Positions 17,601-26,547 of a DNA stretch of 64,000 nt are shown here, one piece after another. The translations under genes were made by a program, and so were the position numbers. Position 1 is the first letter of the stretch, and the number at the start of each line of letters is the position of its first letter. The stretch spans positions 1,216,001-1,280,000 of the forward strand of contig CAVVHE010000004.1 of NCBI GenBank assembly GCA_963748015.1, written 5' to 3'. Source of the stretch: Terriglobia bacterium (GTDB taxonomy: Bacteria; Acidobacteriota; Polarisedimenticolia; Polarisedimenticolales; JAIQFR01). The notes below the pieces were generated by a model. That model was not told the DNA's origin and ran no database searches. It saw nothing but the letters and a program-made list of their open reading frames with translations.

Positions 17601-17769
17601 TCGTCGGACAGGCCCTCGGCCGGAGTGGGCACGCGGGAGTCGCTCCGCCGGTCGATTCCGTTGCTTGGACGCTCGTCTCGCGAGGGGTTTCTCCCGTCCC
17701 CGCGCTGACCATCGAGCCAAGAAGGAGGAAACCGACGCACGAGAACACCGAGGCACTGGGTCGACGCAT
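14686..17769 (-). CDS. Large (~1027 aa) Cys-rich secreted multidomain protein (Ig-like, jelly-roll/MAM-like, PKD-like)
   Basis: GAGGGG RBS, signal peptide, DCDDDG, LNETSSGSHVFKG, GDADAFADTNETV, FLESFEG...DDGWYIDDV, VVLDASGS. Confidence 0.8.
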   Translation of the reverse strand: MRRPSASVFSCVGFLLLGSMVSAGTGETPRETSVQATESTGGATPACPLRPRACPTTWPANVMPTRVHSGSGDQAAKRGIQPIDGRCFTFEDSYGDDGINWRGAVGYMVNEAIPGYPTVVKGYGVAIDDMVLEWKEVRVVEDTTTSCATGSCATLDLSTTQSYSSLGRIDITVTDYSPGKPAGGNNDCNHNGMYTDAGIDRTDCDDDGRRDVFVRGTSLAEPAGEWVILNETSSGSHVFKGNLPVSSAYPSPGTLYVRREGTAQPTATLQYNDPDDGTGQPCQPNPNPALWGFVQAAVTLNVSTGRVVVKSSRITNDAGKGDADAFADTNETVNMYITVSNKTGKSLTNLVARLASNSPSVDCILQPSIVLPSLPTGAALEIPTPFVWKVTSSVNRQVGQEITDISATFNVTLSADQFDSAEGVQSITQDLDLDVTGGGAPTTFLESFEGTGGPGDFGAFTSMSLDSMYTAADPVHSTRLADGTRCQYSDPDYANSNGLGETYCYPGFSYGVIIPFDWHVHTTTNSDGGRAFVGAQSVHWGRHKVSTDPDKDTTALSALQALALANPVYLGYSAQAELSFKHQIALMDFRVLNSPYLQGPDRAVVALQVSDVGINPLVGIWQKIYPYHNLYDVQPTNNYINCTFDPIDDGNDEDSFFDPADPNRFYGPSSTCYPEFVFSQQGDTNWRNPYIAGNTIRASDDPVGMRGSINRGNWVEPRFSLDRFKGRAVRIRFLVSTIKVGDAPDAIAALGASFAPRPTDDGWYIDDVQISNTLTTPATVSADTVANTGLPACPANCSSVTASLVATPASLAGPGQQVVLDASGSVADTCIGGTLQYKFWAGSTTVQGWSDIGSFVDAPTVATTYTVTVRCSTAPACTGTASTAVSVSCPTTGTLTWTGPLSINKTGGLGGVEPDQAVRISWGASGWTDVVRGDLVALRANKSFAASVLACALNDTLGTSVTDGSIVQPGTGLYFLAGGATCNVDPFSYSSGAPTERGSNLTPTTRDAQTSEEPLTCDRKNGQAPPP

Positions 17770-17794
17770 GGCGCTGCCCCTCGAACTTGCGTGA

Positions 17795-17823
17795 TACATA
17801 CACCCGGGCTTGCCGGGCGTCAA
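17795..17823 (-). promoter_or_regulatory. Possible promoter of the large secreted protein
   Basis: TTGACG-17 nt-TATGTA; the -10 is imperfect. Confidence 0.4.
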
Positions 17824-17926
17824 TGTCGGCCGTGCCTGCGTCGCCTTCGAAGGGGGAGGCAGGCCTTTCCCGGGACTTCAAGAGGAGCGAGATGGAGGTT
17901 CTCCGACGATCGACCCGCTGCAGGCC

Positions 17927-19948
17927 CTAACGCGGCCCCGCTTTCCCCCCGTCCACCAGCCACTGGGTGGCCTCGAGCATGGAGACGGCGTAGTCCCGGA
18001 GGCGGCCCGCGGCGGCCGGCTGCTCGGCGAGACGGTCGGTCGTGTCGCCCTCGCGGTAGCGGTACAGCGTCTCGCGCCCGTTCCGGCGCCAGACCCAGAA
18101 CCACTCGCCATCGAGGCAGCCGATCCGGTCGTCGGCGGTGAAGTAGATCGCCGGGCGGCGCTCACGCAGCAGGTCCACTCCCATCGTGTTGTTCACGTAC
18201 GGAACATCGAGGAGGCCCAGGATCGTCGGCCCCAGGTCGATCTGCCCGGCGGGGACGTCGAAGACCCTGGGCGCCCCCAGGATTCCGGGCGCGAACAGGA
18301 TCATCGGCGTGTGATGGAGCGAGAGCGGCATGTCGTACTTCGGGGCGACGATCGCCCCGTGGTCGGCGACGAACGCGAACACGGTGTTCTCGAACCAGGG
18401 CTCCTTCGACGCCAGGTCCATCAGGTGTCCGATCGCCCAGTCGGAGTACTCCAGCATGGCCCGCCGCACGTCGGCGCTCCTCGGTCGGAACGGCACGTCG
18501 TCGGGAAGAACGTAGGGTGGGTGGTCGCTCGCCGTGAGGAACACGCCGAGGAACGGCTTCCCGCTCGACGCCCAGCGGCCGAGCGTCGGGATCGCGAACT
18601 CGAACATGTAGTGATCGGGAACGCGAAGCGTGCTGCGGAGCGTAGGGCTCGGCGCGTCCTCGACGACGCCCATCCTGCGCCGCACCCGATCGGGGGGGTA
18701 ATCGTTGATGCCGACGATCGTCCCGTAGCCGTTGTTGGCCAGGAAGCCCCCCATGTTGTCGAACTGCTCGTCGTGGGTGCAGAAGAAGCCCGTCTCGTAC
18801 CCCTGCTCCCGCAGGACGCGCCCGATCCCGGTGAACGGCTTGAGGCAGTTCGCCCCCTTCATCGGGTGCTCCGCGAGGAGCGAGGGAAGCGAGAACAGCG
18901 TGCCGTAGACGCCGTTCGACGTGTGGATCCCCGCGGTGTACGCGTTCTCGAAGGACCACCCTCGCGCCGCCAGGTCATCGAGACGCGGCGTCGGCACTTC
19001 CCCGCCGTGACGCGAGAGGCGCTCCGCGGCCATGCCCTCCATGATCACGATCACGACGTTGAGGCGCCGCGGCTCGCCCCGGGGAGCGACGCGCCGCGCC
19101 ACCGGCGAGTCGAATTCGGGCGGGCCCGAAAGGCCGAGGTAGCTCCTCGCGCGCTCCACGGCCTCCGCCGGGTCCATCAGGTGGAGCCGGTTCCTCGCCT
19201 GCTCCCGCGCGTCGAGGACGCTGCTCCAGAAGGTGAACGTCGGGTTCAGCCCTAGCTGGTTCGCGAGGGCGTAAGTCGAGAAGAACGCGGTACCGGTCCG
19301 GATCGGGGACCGCCGCGTGGTCCGGCCCCGAGCCCCCGCGAAGAGGAGCACCGCCGCGACGAGCGACCACGCGAGCGCGCTCGCGGCCCGCCTCCACGCG
19401 AAGCCCCGCTCCTCCGACGGCCGGCCCTCGAGCCACCGCCGCCGCAACCGGCCGAGCGTCCAGAGGAACGCGCCCCACGACGCCAGGAAGAGTCCGAGGA
19501 ACGGGTAGTACGACGGCTCTCCCAGTACCGTGCGCGCCATGAACATCGGCGTGTCGGTCCACGCCAGGACGGCCGACGTGAGGCGCGAGAAGAAGTGCGC
19601 GAAGTACGGGATGTCGGCGGCGCCCGCGAGGAACGCCATGCCGTAGCCGAGCGCGAGAAACGCGCCCGCGAGCCTCCCCCACCCGCGCCAGCGCAGTCCG
19701 GCCACCGCCGGGATCGTGAGAAGCGCCAGAGGGAGGAACAGGAGGTAGCACGAGACGACCGTGTCGAACCGCACCCCCATCGCGAGCGCGCGGAGGAGCA
19801 CGCCGGCGGGCACGTCGCGCGCCTGGTCCCGGACCGCGAAGAGCAGCGCGAGACGGTGCGCCGTGAGGACGGCGAGACCCGCGAGGTACGCGCCGGCGAG
19901 GTACGGAAGGTGCGAGAGAGAGCGCCCGGGTCGGCCGGGAAAGCGCAC
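17927..19948 (-). CDS. LTA synthase / phosphoglycerol transferase (MdoB-like) sulfatase-family membrane protein
   Basis: About 5 N-terminal TM segments (GVRFD); NVVIVIMEG, GIHTSNG (catalytic Thr), TASDHPPY, VADHG, QIDLGPTIL. Confidence 0.92.
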   Translation of the reverse strand: MRFPGRPGRSLSHLPYLAGAYLAGLAVLTAHRLALLFAVRDQARDVPAGVLLRALAMGVRFDTVVSCYLLFLPLALLTIPAVAGLRWRGWGRLAGAFLALGYGMAFLAGAADIPYFAHFFSRLTSAVLAWTDTPMFMARTVLGEPSYYPFLGLFLASWGAFLWTLGRLRRRWLEGRPSEERGFAWRRAASALAWSLVAAVLLFAGARGRTTRRSPIRTGTAFFSTYALANQLGLNPTFTFWSSVLDAREQARNRLHLMDPAEAVERARSYLGLSGPPEFDSPVARRVAPRGEPRRLNVVIVIMEGMAAERLSRHGGEVPTPRLDDLAARGWSFENAYTAGIHTSNGVYGTLFSLPSLLAEHPMKGANCLKPFTGIGRVLREQGYETGFFCTHDEQFDNMGGFLANNGYGTIVGINDYPPDRVRRRMGVVEDAPSPTLRSTLRVPDHYMFEFAIPTLGRWASSGKPFLGVFLTASDHPPYVLPDDVPFRPRSADVRRAMLEYSDWAIGHLMDLASKEPWFENTVFAFVADHGAIVAPKYDMPLSLHHTPMILFAPGILGAPRVFDVPAGQIDLGPTILGLLDVPYVNNTMGVDLLRERRPAIYFTADDRIGCLDGEWFWVWRRNGRETLYRYREGDTTDRLAEQPAAAGRLRDYAVSMLEATQWLVDGGKAGPR

Positions 19949-19951
19949 CGG

Positions 19952-21154
19952 TCAGAGCTCTCGGAGGGCGCGCGCGACCGGGATCCGCGCCGCTCGGATC
20001 GCGGGGAAGAGCCCGCCGATCAGCCCCATGAGCAGCGCGTAGACGATCCCCTGCGCCATCAGCGCGGGGGTGATCGCGAACGCGAACGCCACCTGGCTGA
20101 AGCTCTGCCAGTTGATCGTCGAGGTCTGGTAGCCGTTGAAGGCGAAGTAGGACGCCAAGGCACCCACGACGCCGCCCGCCAGCGAGAGGAAGAGCGACTC
20201 GACGAGCACCGAGGCGACCACGGCCCCTCCGCCGAAGCCGAGCGCGCGGAGCGTCGCGATCTCCCGGTTGCGCGCGGCCACCGCGGAGTACATCGTGTTG
20301 AGCGCCCCGAACACGGCGCCGATTCCCATGAGCCCGGCGATGATCGATCCGAGCCCCGTGATGATCCCCGTGAGCAGCCGCGACTGCTCCTCGAAATACT
20401 CGGACTCGCGCAGCACCTGGACGTTGAGGCGCGGGTCGGTCGTCAGGGCGTCCTTGAACGCCGCGAACGCGTCGGGCGACTGGAGGCGGACGTACACCGC
20501 CTGGAAGCTGTCGCCCCGCCGGTACGCGGGCTGCAGCACCGCGGCGTCGCACCACAGCTCGGAATCCGCGACCCGCCCCCCGGCGTCGAAGATGCCGACC
20601 ACGGTCCAGGTATTTTCCCCCCAGCGCAGCTTCGACCCCAGATCGAGCCCCGCGAACTGCATCGCGGCGCCGCTCCCGACGATGATCTCGTTCTTCCCCG
20701 GCTCGAAGCTCCGCCCGTCCACGAGGCGGATCTCCCTGCGGACCGCGAAGGCCGACGGCTGCACGCCGCGAAGCGGCACGTTGGCCACGGTGCCGGTCGA
20801 GCGCTTGGGGAGGTCGACGATCACGAACAGCTCCGCGGACGCGACGGGACCGTCCCCCGAGCGCGCGACGCGGGGGTCCGCCGCGATGGTCCGGATCTCC
20901 TCGCGCGAGAGCACGCTGTACATCTCGGTGTTCGAGCCACCGCGAAGCACGATGGCCCGGTCCGGGGCCCCGGTCGTCGTCATGACCGCCTTGAAACCGG
21001 TCGCTATGGAAAGCACCGCCACGAACACCGCGACGACGCCTCCGACCCCGACGGCCGCCGCGAGGGACGAGCCGCGCCTCTCCTTGAGCGTGCGGAGATT
21101 GAGGAGGCTGACCACTCCCGCCTGGTGCAGCGTCGCGAACGGGGCGAACGCCAT
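19952..21154 (-). CDS. ABC transporter permease (MacB/FtsX family)
   Basis: TM-periplasmic domain-3TM layout; NTMYSAVAARNREIATLRALGF; GGLFPA. Confidence 0.93.
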   Translation of the reverse strand: MAFAPFATLHQAGVVSLLNLRTLKERRGSSLAAAVGVGGVVAVFVAVLSIATGFKAVMTTTGAPDRAIVLRGGSNTEMYSVLSREEIRTIAADPRVARSGDGPVASAELFVIVDLPKRSTGTVANVPLRGVQPSAFAVRREIRLVDGRSFEPGKNEIIVGSGAAMQFAGLDLGSKLRWGENTWTVVGIFDAGGRVADSELWCDAAVLQPAYRRGDSFQAVYVRLQSPDAFAAFKDALTTDPRLNVQVLRESEYFEEQSRLLTGIITGLGSIIAGLMGIGAVFGALNTMYSAVAARNREIATLRALGFGGGAVVASVLVESLFLSLAGGVVGALASYFAFNGYQTSTINWQSFSQVAFAFAITPALMAQGIVYALLMGLIGGLFPAIRAARIPVARALREL

Positions 21155-21157
21155 CGC

Positions 21158-22312
21158 TCAGACCCTCCGCAGCGCGTCGACGATCTTGAGACGCACCGCC
21201 CCGACCGCCGGTGCGAGACCGGTGGCGACGCCCAGAAGCGCCACGATGCCGACCCCGATCAGGAGATCGCGGACCGGGAGGAAGAAGATCGGGAGCGCGC
21301 CGCCCGTCGGATCCCCCCGCTGGATCAGGATCCAGGCCAGCGCGAGCCCCAGGAGGCCGCCGATCGCCGACAGGAGCATCGACTCGGCCATCACGAGGCC
21401 GAGCACCTTGGCGTCCGAGAATCCCAGGGTCTTCAGCACGGCCAGCTCGCCCGTTCGCTCCCGGACCGATTGCGCCACGGTGTTCCCCGCCACGAGGAGG
21501 ATCGTGAAGAACACCGCGAGGAGGACCGCGCGGAGAATCGCGCCGATGTTCCCCACCTGGTTCGCGAACGCCTGGGCGAACGCCTTCTCCGTCGAGGTCT
21601 TCGTCTCGTAGGGCGAGTTGGCGAAGGTATCGTCGATCTTGCGCGCGACCTCGGCGGCGCGATCGGGATCCGCGATGCGCACGACGAACCACCCGACCTG
21701 CCCCTGGCCGAACGCCCGGGACTCCTCGAAGTAGTCGTACCGGAAGAAGAACTGCGTCGTGTCGGTCCCCTTCTCGGCCCCGTCGTAGATCCCGTCGAGC
21801 ACGAACTCCCAGGTCGCCGTCCCGTCCCTCTTCCGCCAGATCGTCGCCTGGATCGGAATGCGGTCGCCGATCTTCCAGCCGTACTTCTTCGCGATCTGGC
21901 GCCCGGCGATCGCCCCCGTGCGGTCGGCGAGCCAGGCCTTCATCTGGTCCGCTGGAACCCGGTACTCGGGATAGAGGTCGAAGAACCGTTCCGGCTCGAC
22001 CACCATCTGGGGGAAGAAGTTCTTCGGGTCCTGGTAGATCCCACCGAACCAGGTGGAATGAGTCACGGCCTCGACGCCGGCGACCGACTCGATCCTCTGC
22101 TTGTAGCTCACGGGCAGCAGCTGGATCAGGGAGACGCGGTGGAGCGTCAGCAGCCGGTCGGCCCCCGTCAGCTCGATACCCCCCTCGAACGCCTGCCGGA
22201 TCGCCCCGAGATAGCCGAAGAGCAGGAACGCGACGAGGATCGACAGCAGGGTGAATATCGTTCGCGTCTTCTTCCGCAGGAGGCTCCGCCAGACGAGGGG
22301 GAAGTACTTCAT
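21158..22312 (-). CDS. ABC transporter permease (MacB/FtsX family)
   Basis: MKYFPLVWRSLLRKKTRT; SVRERTGELAVLKTLGF. Confidence 0.93.
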   Translation of the reverse strand: MKYFPLVWRSLLRKKTRTIFTLLSILVAFLLFGYLGAIRQAFEGGIELTGADRLLTLHRVSLIQLLPVSYKQRIESVAGVEAVTHSTWFGGIYQDPKNFFPQMVVEPERFFDLYPEYRVPADQMKAWLADRTGAIAGRQIAKKYGWKIGDRIPIQATIWRKRDGTATWEFVLDGIYDGAEKGTDTTQFFFRYDYFEESRAFGQGQVGWFVVRIADPDRAAEVARKIDDTFANSPYETKTSTEKAFAQAFANQVGNIGAILRAVLLAVFFTILLVAGNTVAQSVRERTGELAVLKTLGFSDAKVLGLVMAESMLLSAIGGLLGLALAWILIQRGDPTGGALPIFFLPVRDLLIGVGIVALLGVATGLAPAVGAVRLKIVDALRRV

Positions 22313-23006
22313 TCGGCCCCCCCGCCGCTCAGCATCCCCTTGTCCAGCACGAGACGGCGCCGCGCTCGGTCGGCCGCGTGCGGGTCGTGGGTCACCATCA
22401 CGATCGTCTTGCCGAACTTGCCGTTCAGCGCCTGGAGGAGATCGAGGATCTCGTCGCCGGACTTGCGATCGAGATCGCCGGTGGGCTCGTCGCACAGCAG
22501 GAGCGTCGGATCGGTGACGATGGCCCGCGCGATCCCCACCCGCTGTTCCTGCCCGCCGGAGAGCTGCCGGGGATAGTGCTTCGCGCGGTCGCCGAGCCCC
22601 ACGACACCCAGCGCCGACTCCACGTGGGCCTTCCTCTCCGCCCGTGACAGGCCCGTCAGGAGCAGCGGCAGCTCCACGTTCCGCTCGGCGGTCAGCACCG
22701 GCAGCAGGTTGTAGAGCTGGAACACGAACCCGACGTGCCGCGCGCGCCAGCGCGCGAGGTCGCCGGCCGACATCCGGTCGATCCGCTCGCCCCCGATCTC
22801 GACGGAGCCCTTCGTCGGCACGTCGAGGCCTCCGAGCAGGTTGAGGAGGGTGGTCTTCCCGGACCCCGACGGCCCCATCAGCGCGAGGAAGTCCCCCTTG
22901 GGGATGTCGAGGTGGACGCCCTGGAGCACGTCGATCCGCTCTCCCCGCGGCGGTACTCCTTGTGCAGGTCCTTCACGCGAACGAGAACCCCGTCGTCGGC
23001 CGCCAT
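22309..23006 (-). CDS. ABC ATP-binding protein (LolD/MacB type), frameshift at 22943-22946
   Basis: GPSGSGKT, LSGGQEQRV, LLCDEPTGDLD, VTHD; N-terminus MAADDGVLVRVKDLHKEY is in another frame and one extra G rejoins them. Confidence 0.92.
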
Positions 23007-23023
23007 GCTCCCCTCCGCTCCGC

Positions 23024-24254
23024 TCAACGCGCCACGGCGCGCGCGCCGTCGCCGAGGCCCTGCGGCCCCTCGACCACGACACGTTCGCCCGCCGCGACCC
23101 CTCCCACGATCTCGACATCGCTTCCCGACGCGGTCCCGGTCTTGACGGCCCGGCGCTCGAGCCGGCCGTTCGCGAGAACGAACACCACGTCGCGGTCGCC
23201 GTCGCGCCGCACCGCCGCCTGCGGAACGTAGTGACGCGGGGCCGACGCTCGCGCCCCGTCTTGCGCGCCCGACAGGAACGCCACCTTGACCCCCATGTCC
23301 GGCAGGATCCTCGGGTCGGGGCCGTCGAACGCGATCCGGACCCTCACCGTGGCCTTCTGGCGGTCCGCGGTCGGGATCACCGCGATCACGGAGGCCGGGA
23401 TACGCCAGTCGGGGTAGGCGTCGAGAATCGCCTCGACCCGCTGCTTCGGCTCGACGCGCTGGATGTAGCTCTCGCCGACGTCCACCTCGATCTCGAGCGA
23501 CGCCATGTCCACGACGGTGCAGATCCCGGTCCGCGTGAACCCGCCTCCCGCGGAGATCGGCGAGATCATCTCGCCGGGTTGCGCGTCCTTGGACACCACG
23601 ACGCCCGCGAAAGGCGCGCGGACGACGGTGTCCTCGAGCTCCTGGCGCGCGGATCGCGACGCCCCGCTCCGCGACCTTCACCTGCTCGCGCTCGAAGCCG
23701 AGGCGCGCGTCGAGGGCGTCGTGCTCCGCCTTGGCGGCGTCGAGATCGGCCTTGCTCGAGACCTCCTGCGCCACGAGATCGCTCGTCCGCCGCAGGTTCG
23801 CCGCCGCGAGCGTCAGCCTGGCCTCGGTCTCGGCCAGGGACGCCTTCGCGGAATCGCGCTGCGCCTCTTCGAGCGCGAGCGCGCGCCTCGCAAGAGAGTC
23901 GTCGAGGCGCGCGAGCACCTGCCCCTCGCGGATCGCCATCCCCTCCTCGACGTGGACCTCGGTGACCTTTCCCGTGATCTTCGCCGAAATGGTCGCGCGG
24001 CGGCGCGCGGTGACGTAGCCGGAGGCGTTCAGCACCGCCGCGGATTCCGAGCCCGCGAGCTCGCGCACCGGGGCGACCGTCACGGACGCGACGGCGCGCG
24101 CCGACGCCCACCACCAGCCCGCGGCGGCGACGACGACCACCGCCAGGGCCAGGATGGCCCAGAGACCGAGGCGGCCCCGCGAGCCGCCTCCTCTCTCCTC
24201 GCGCTCGATCCTCAGGGAGGAGAGGTCGTGCGGCGGCTGTTTGGCATCTCCCAT
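23024..24254 (-). CDS. Membrane fusion / periplasmic adaptor protein (MacA-like), frameshift near 23645-23652
   Basis: LNASGYVTARRRATISAKITGKV, coiled coil, then in another frame RAPFAGVVVSKDAQPGE, DRQKATV, LPDMGVKV. Confidence 0.9.
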
Positions 24255-24285
24255 CGGGAACTCCTGCGCCGGGGACCGGCTCCGC

Positions 24286-25605
24286 TCAGGCTCCGACCAT
24301 CCGGGCGAGCCACGAGCCCGGCTTGAGGATGCTCTGGCTGCGATCGGGCCCCACGCTCACGAGACCGATCTCGGCGCCGATCACCCGGCTCAGCCGGTCG
24401 AGATAGCTCCTCGCTTCCGCGGGTAGGTCTTCCCAACGGCGGGCGCCCGTCGTGTCCCGCTTCCAGCCGGGCAGCGTCTCGAGCACGGGCTCGACACGGT
24501 CGGTGTCCGTGCACGACGCGGGCAGCGAGCGGATCAGGGCGCCGTCGAGCCGGTAGCCGGTGCAGATCCGGATCTCCTCGAAGTCGTCCAGCACGTCGAG
24601 CAGCATGATGCACGCCGCGTCGAACCGGTTGAGGCGCTGGGCGTAGGCCGCGGCGGCGCCGTCGAACCAGCCGCAGCGCCGCGGGCGCCCGGTCGTCGTG
24701 CCGTACTCGCGCCCCCGGGTCCTGATCCGCTGCCCGATCCCCTCCGGGCCGTCGGCCAGCTCCGTCGGCATCGGTCCGTCTCCGACCCGCGTCGTGTAAG
24801 CCTTGAACACGCCGACGATCCCGTCCACGCGCGTCGGCGAGACGCCGAGGCCGGTGCACAACCCTCCCGCCGAGGTGTTCGACGACGTGACGAACGGGTA
24901 CGAGCCGTGGTCGAGGTCGAGCAGGGTCCCCTGCGCCCCCTCGAACAGCACGCTCTTCCCCTCGTCCATCCAGGTGTTCAGCAGCAGGGAGGTGTCGGCG
25001 ACGAAGGGCTCGAGGCGCCGCCACGGCTCGCGAGTGCGGCCCACGAGGGCGTCGAGGTCGAGCGCCGGCTCGCCGGGGCCGAGGAGCCTGCCGAGCCTCG
25101 CCTCCACGAGCGCCAGAAGGCGCGCCGCCAGCGTGTCGGCGTGCGCGAGATCGGCCAGGCGGATTCCGAGCCTCGCGGCCTTCGCCTCGTAGGCCGGCCC
25201 GATTCCCTTCCTCGTCGTGCCGATCCGCGTGCCGCCGGAGCCGGCCGAGGTCTCCGCCAGCTCGTCGATGCGGGCCATCTCGGGGAGGATCACGTGCGCG
25301 CGGTCGCTGATGTGGAGGCGGCCCTCGAGCTCCACCCCCGCGGCGGCGAGCCCGTCCATCTCGCCGAGGAGGCTAGCGAGGTCGAGGACCGTGCCGTTGC
25401 CGATGACGATCCGGACGTCCGGACGAAACGCCCCCGACGGAATGTGGTGCAGGGCGTGGCGGCGTCCGCCGATCGTGACCGTATGGCCGGCGTTCGGCCC
25501 TCCCTGGTAGCGGGCGACGGCGTCGAAGCGCTCGGAGAGGAGGTCGACGACCTTCCCCTTCCCCTCGTCTCCCCACTGGGCTCCGATTACGGCGACGTTT
25601 GGCAT
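24286..25605 (-). CDS. purA: Adenylosuccinate synthetase
   Basis: QWGDEGKGK, GGPNAGHT, EGAQG, YPFVTSS, EYGTTTGRPRRCGW. Confidence 0.98.
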   Translation of the reverse strand: MPNVAVIGAQWGDEGKGKVVDLLSERFDAVARYQGGPNAGHTVTIGGRRHALHHIPSGAFRPDVRIVIGNGTVLDLASLLGEMDGLAAAGVELEGRLHISDRAHVILPEMARIDELAETSAGSGGTRIGTTRKGIGPAYEAKAARLGIRLADLAHADTLAARLLALVEARLGRLLGPGEPALDLDALVGRTREPWRRLEPFVADTSLLLNTWMDEGKSVLFEGAQGTLLDLDHGSYPFVTSSNTSAGGLCTGLGVSPTRVDGIVGVFKAYTTRVGDGPMPTELADGPEGIGQRIRTRGREYGTTTGRPRRCGWFDGAAAAYAQRLNRFDAACIMLLDVLDDFEEIRICTGYRLDGALIRSLPASCTDTDRVEPVLETLPGWKRDTTGARRWEDLPAEARSYLDRLSRVIGAEIGLVSVGPDRSQSILKPGSWLARMVGA

Positions 25606-25627
25606 GGGCTATCCGGAAGGGCGGGCG

Positions 25628-26179
25628 TCAAGAGGCACCCGTCGCGGGCAGGATGGACTGCACGCGAGCTACCAGCGTCTCCTCGAGTTTCTCCTTGTCG
25701 AGGAACCCGCGGGCGCCGAGCTGCTGGAGGAAGGCGATCACGTTGTCTCGATAGACGCCGCTCATCGCGAGGACCGGCGTGTCCTTGATCCGTTCGTCCT
25801 GCACGATCTCCCTCAGGACGTCGAAGCCCGTCAGGCGCGGCATCAGGAGATCGAGGAGCACCAGGTCGGGATGCCCCTCGCGGAGGACGCGCAGCGCCTC
25901 CGCGCCGTCCGCGGCCACGAGCACGTTGTATCCCGCCTCCGTGAGGAGCTTCTCCGCCACGGAGGCCACCTTTTCGCTGTCGTCCGCCACGAGGACCGTC
26001 CGCCGGCGCGTCAGGGTCCGGTACGAGCCCGAGGAGGACGACGTCTTCACCTCGTCCATCTCGAGGTCGATGCGCACGATCGTCCGGCAGCCGGGGCAGA
26101 GGTACTTCACGACCCGCTCCGCCGGGCCATAGCCGACCAGGCGGAACTCGGTCCTGCACTGCGGACAACGGACGAGCAC
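25628..26179 (-). CDS. Response regulator with N-terminal MJ0042-like zinc finger and REC domain
   Basis: CPQC...CPGC, then LVADDS, LLDLLMP, MSG, DK. Confidence 0.88.
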   Translation of the reverse strand: MLVRCPQCRTEFRLVGYGPAERVVKYLCPGCRTIVRIDLEMDEVKTSSSSGSYRTLTRRRTVLVADDSEKVASVAEKLLTEAGYNVLVAADGAEALRVLREGHPDLVLLDLLMPRLTGFDVLREIVQDERIKDTPVLAMSGVYRDNVIAFLQQLGARGFLDKEKLEETLVARVQSILPATGAS

Positions 26180-26224
26180 GCCGCGCCTCGGACGGGCCCC
26201 CGCGCGCCCGTCGGCAAAGGCGGA

Positions 26225-26233
26225 AGTATATCA
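26225..26233 (-). promoter_or_regulatory. Extended -10 upstream of the regulator-purA run
   Basis: TGATATACT on the minus strand. Confidence 0.5.
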
Positions 26234-26296
26234 CCCGGGAACGCCGGACTTCGGCGCCCGGCGGCGCGGAAGGCGCCTTTCCGAACCGCTCCGGGT

Positions 26297-26372
26297 TGGT
26301 GGACGGCAAGGGATTCGAACCCTCGACCCCGGCGTTGCGAACGCCGTGCTCTCCCAGCTGAGCTAGCCGCCC
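26297..26372 (-). tRNA. tRNA-Ala(CGC)
   Basis: G3:U70 pair, anticodon loop TTCGCAA, GGTTCGAATCC, CCA. Confidence 0.96.
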
Positions 26373-26388
26373 AAGAATCGTCCCGGCC

Positions 26389-26463
26389 TGGTGGGGCGTG
26401 CAGGATTTGAACCTGCGACTTCCACCGTGTGAAGATGGCACTCTACCGCTGAGTTAACGCCCC
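26389..26463 (-). tRNA. tRNA-Val(CAC)
   Basis: GGGGCGT/ACGCCCC stem, anticodon loop TTCACAC, GGTTCAAATCC, CCA. Confidence 0.96.
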
Positions 26464-26496
26464 TGCCCACGATCCAAATCGTCGGGCAAGCGCGAA

Positions 26497-26526
26497 CTTA
26501 TAGCACAGGCGTTTTGCCGACGGCAA
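26497..26526 (-). promoter_or_regulatory. Putative promoter of tRNA-Val/Ala
   Basis: TTGCCG-18 nt-TATAAG with extended TG; overlaps the palindrome TTTGCCGACGGCAAA. Confidence 0.5.
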
Positions 26527-26547
26527 ATGGCACCGACGCGCCCCATC

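Noticed and set aside
17834..17870. Hairpin after the LTA-synthase gene as an intrinsic terminator
   Set aside because: Imperfect stem and no U-tract on the coding strand.
14493..19190. 105-nt near-identical pair as a diversity-generating retroelement TR/VR
   Set aside because: The six mismatches are not adenine-specific and no reverse transcriptase is present in the window.
6269..26463. Prophage or integrative element at the tRNA genes
   Set aside because: No integrase, phage or conjugation genes, and no duplicated tRNA 3' end was found by eye.
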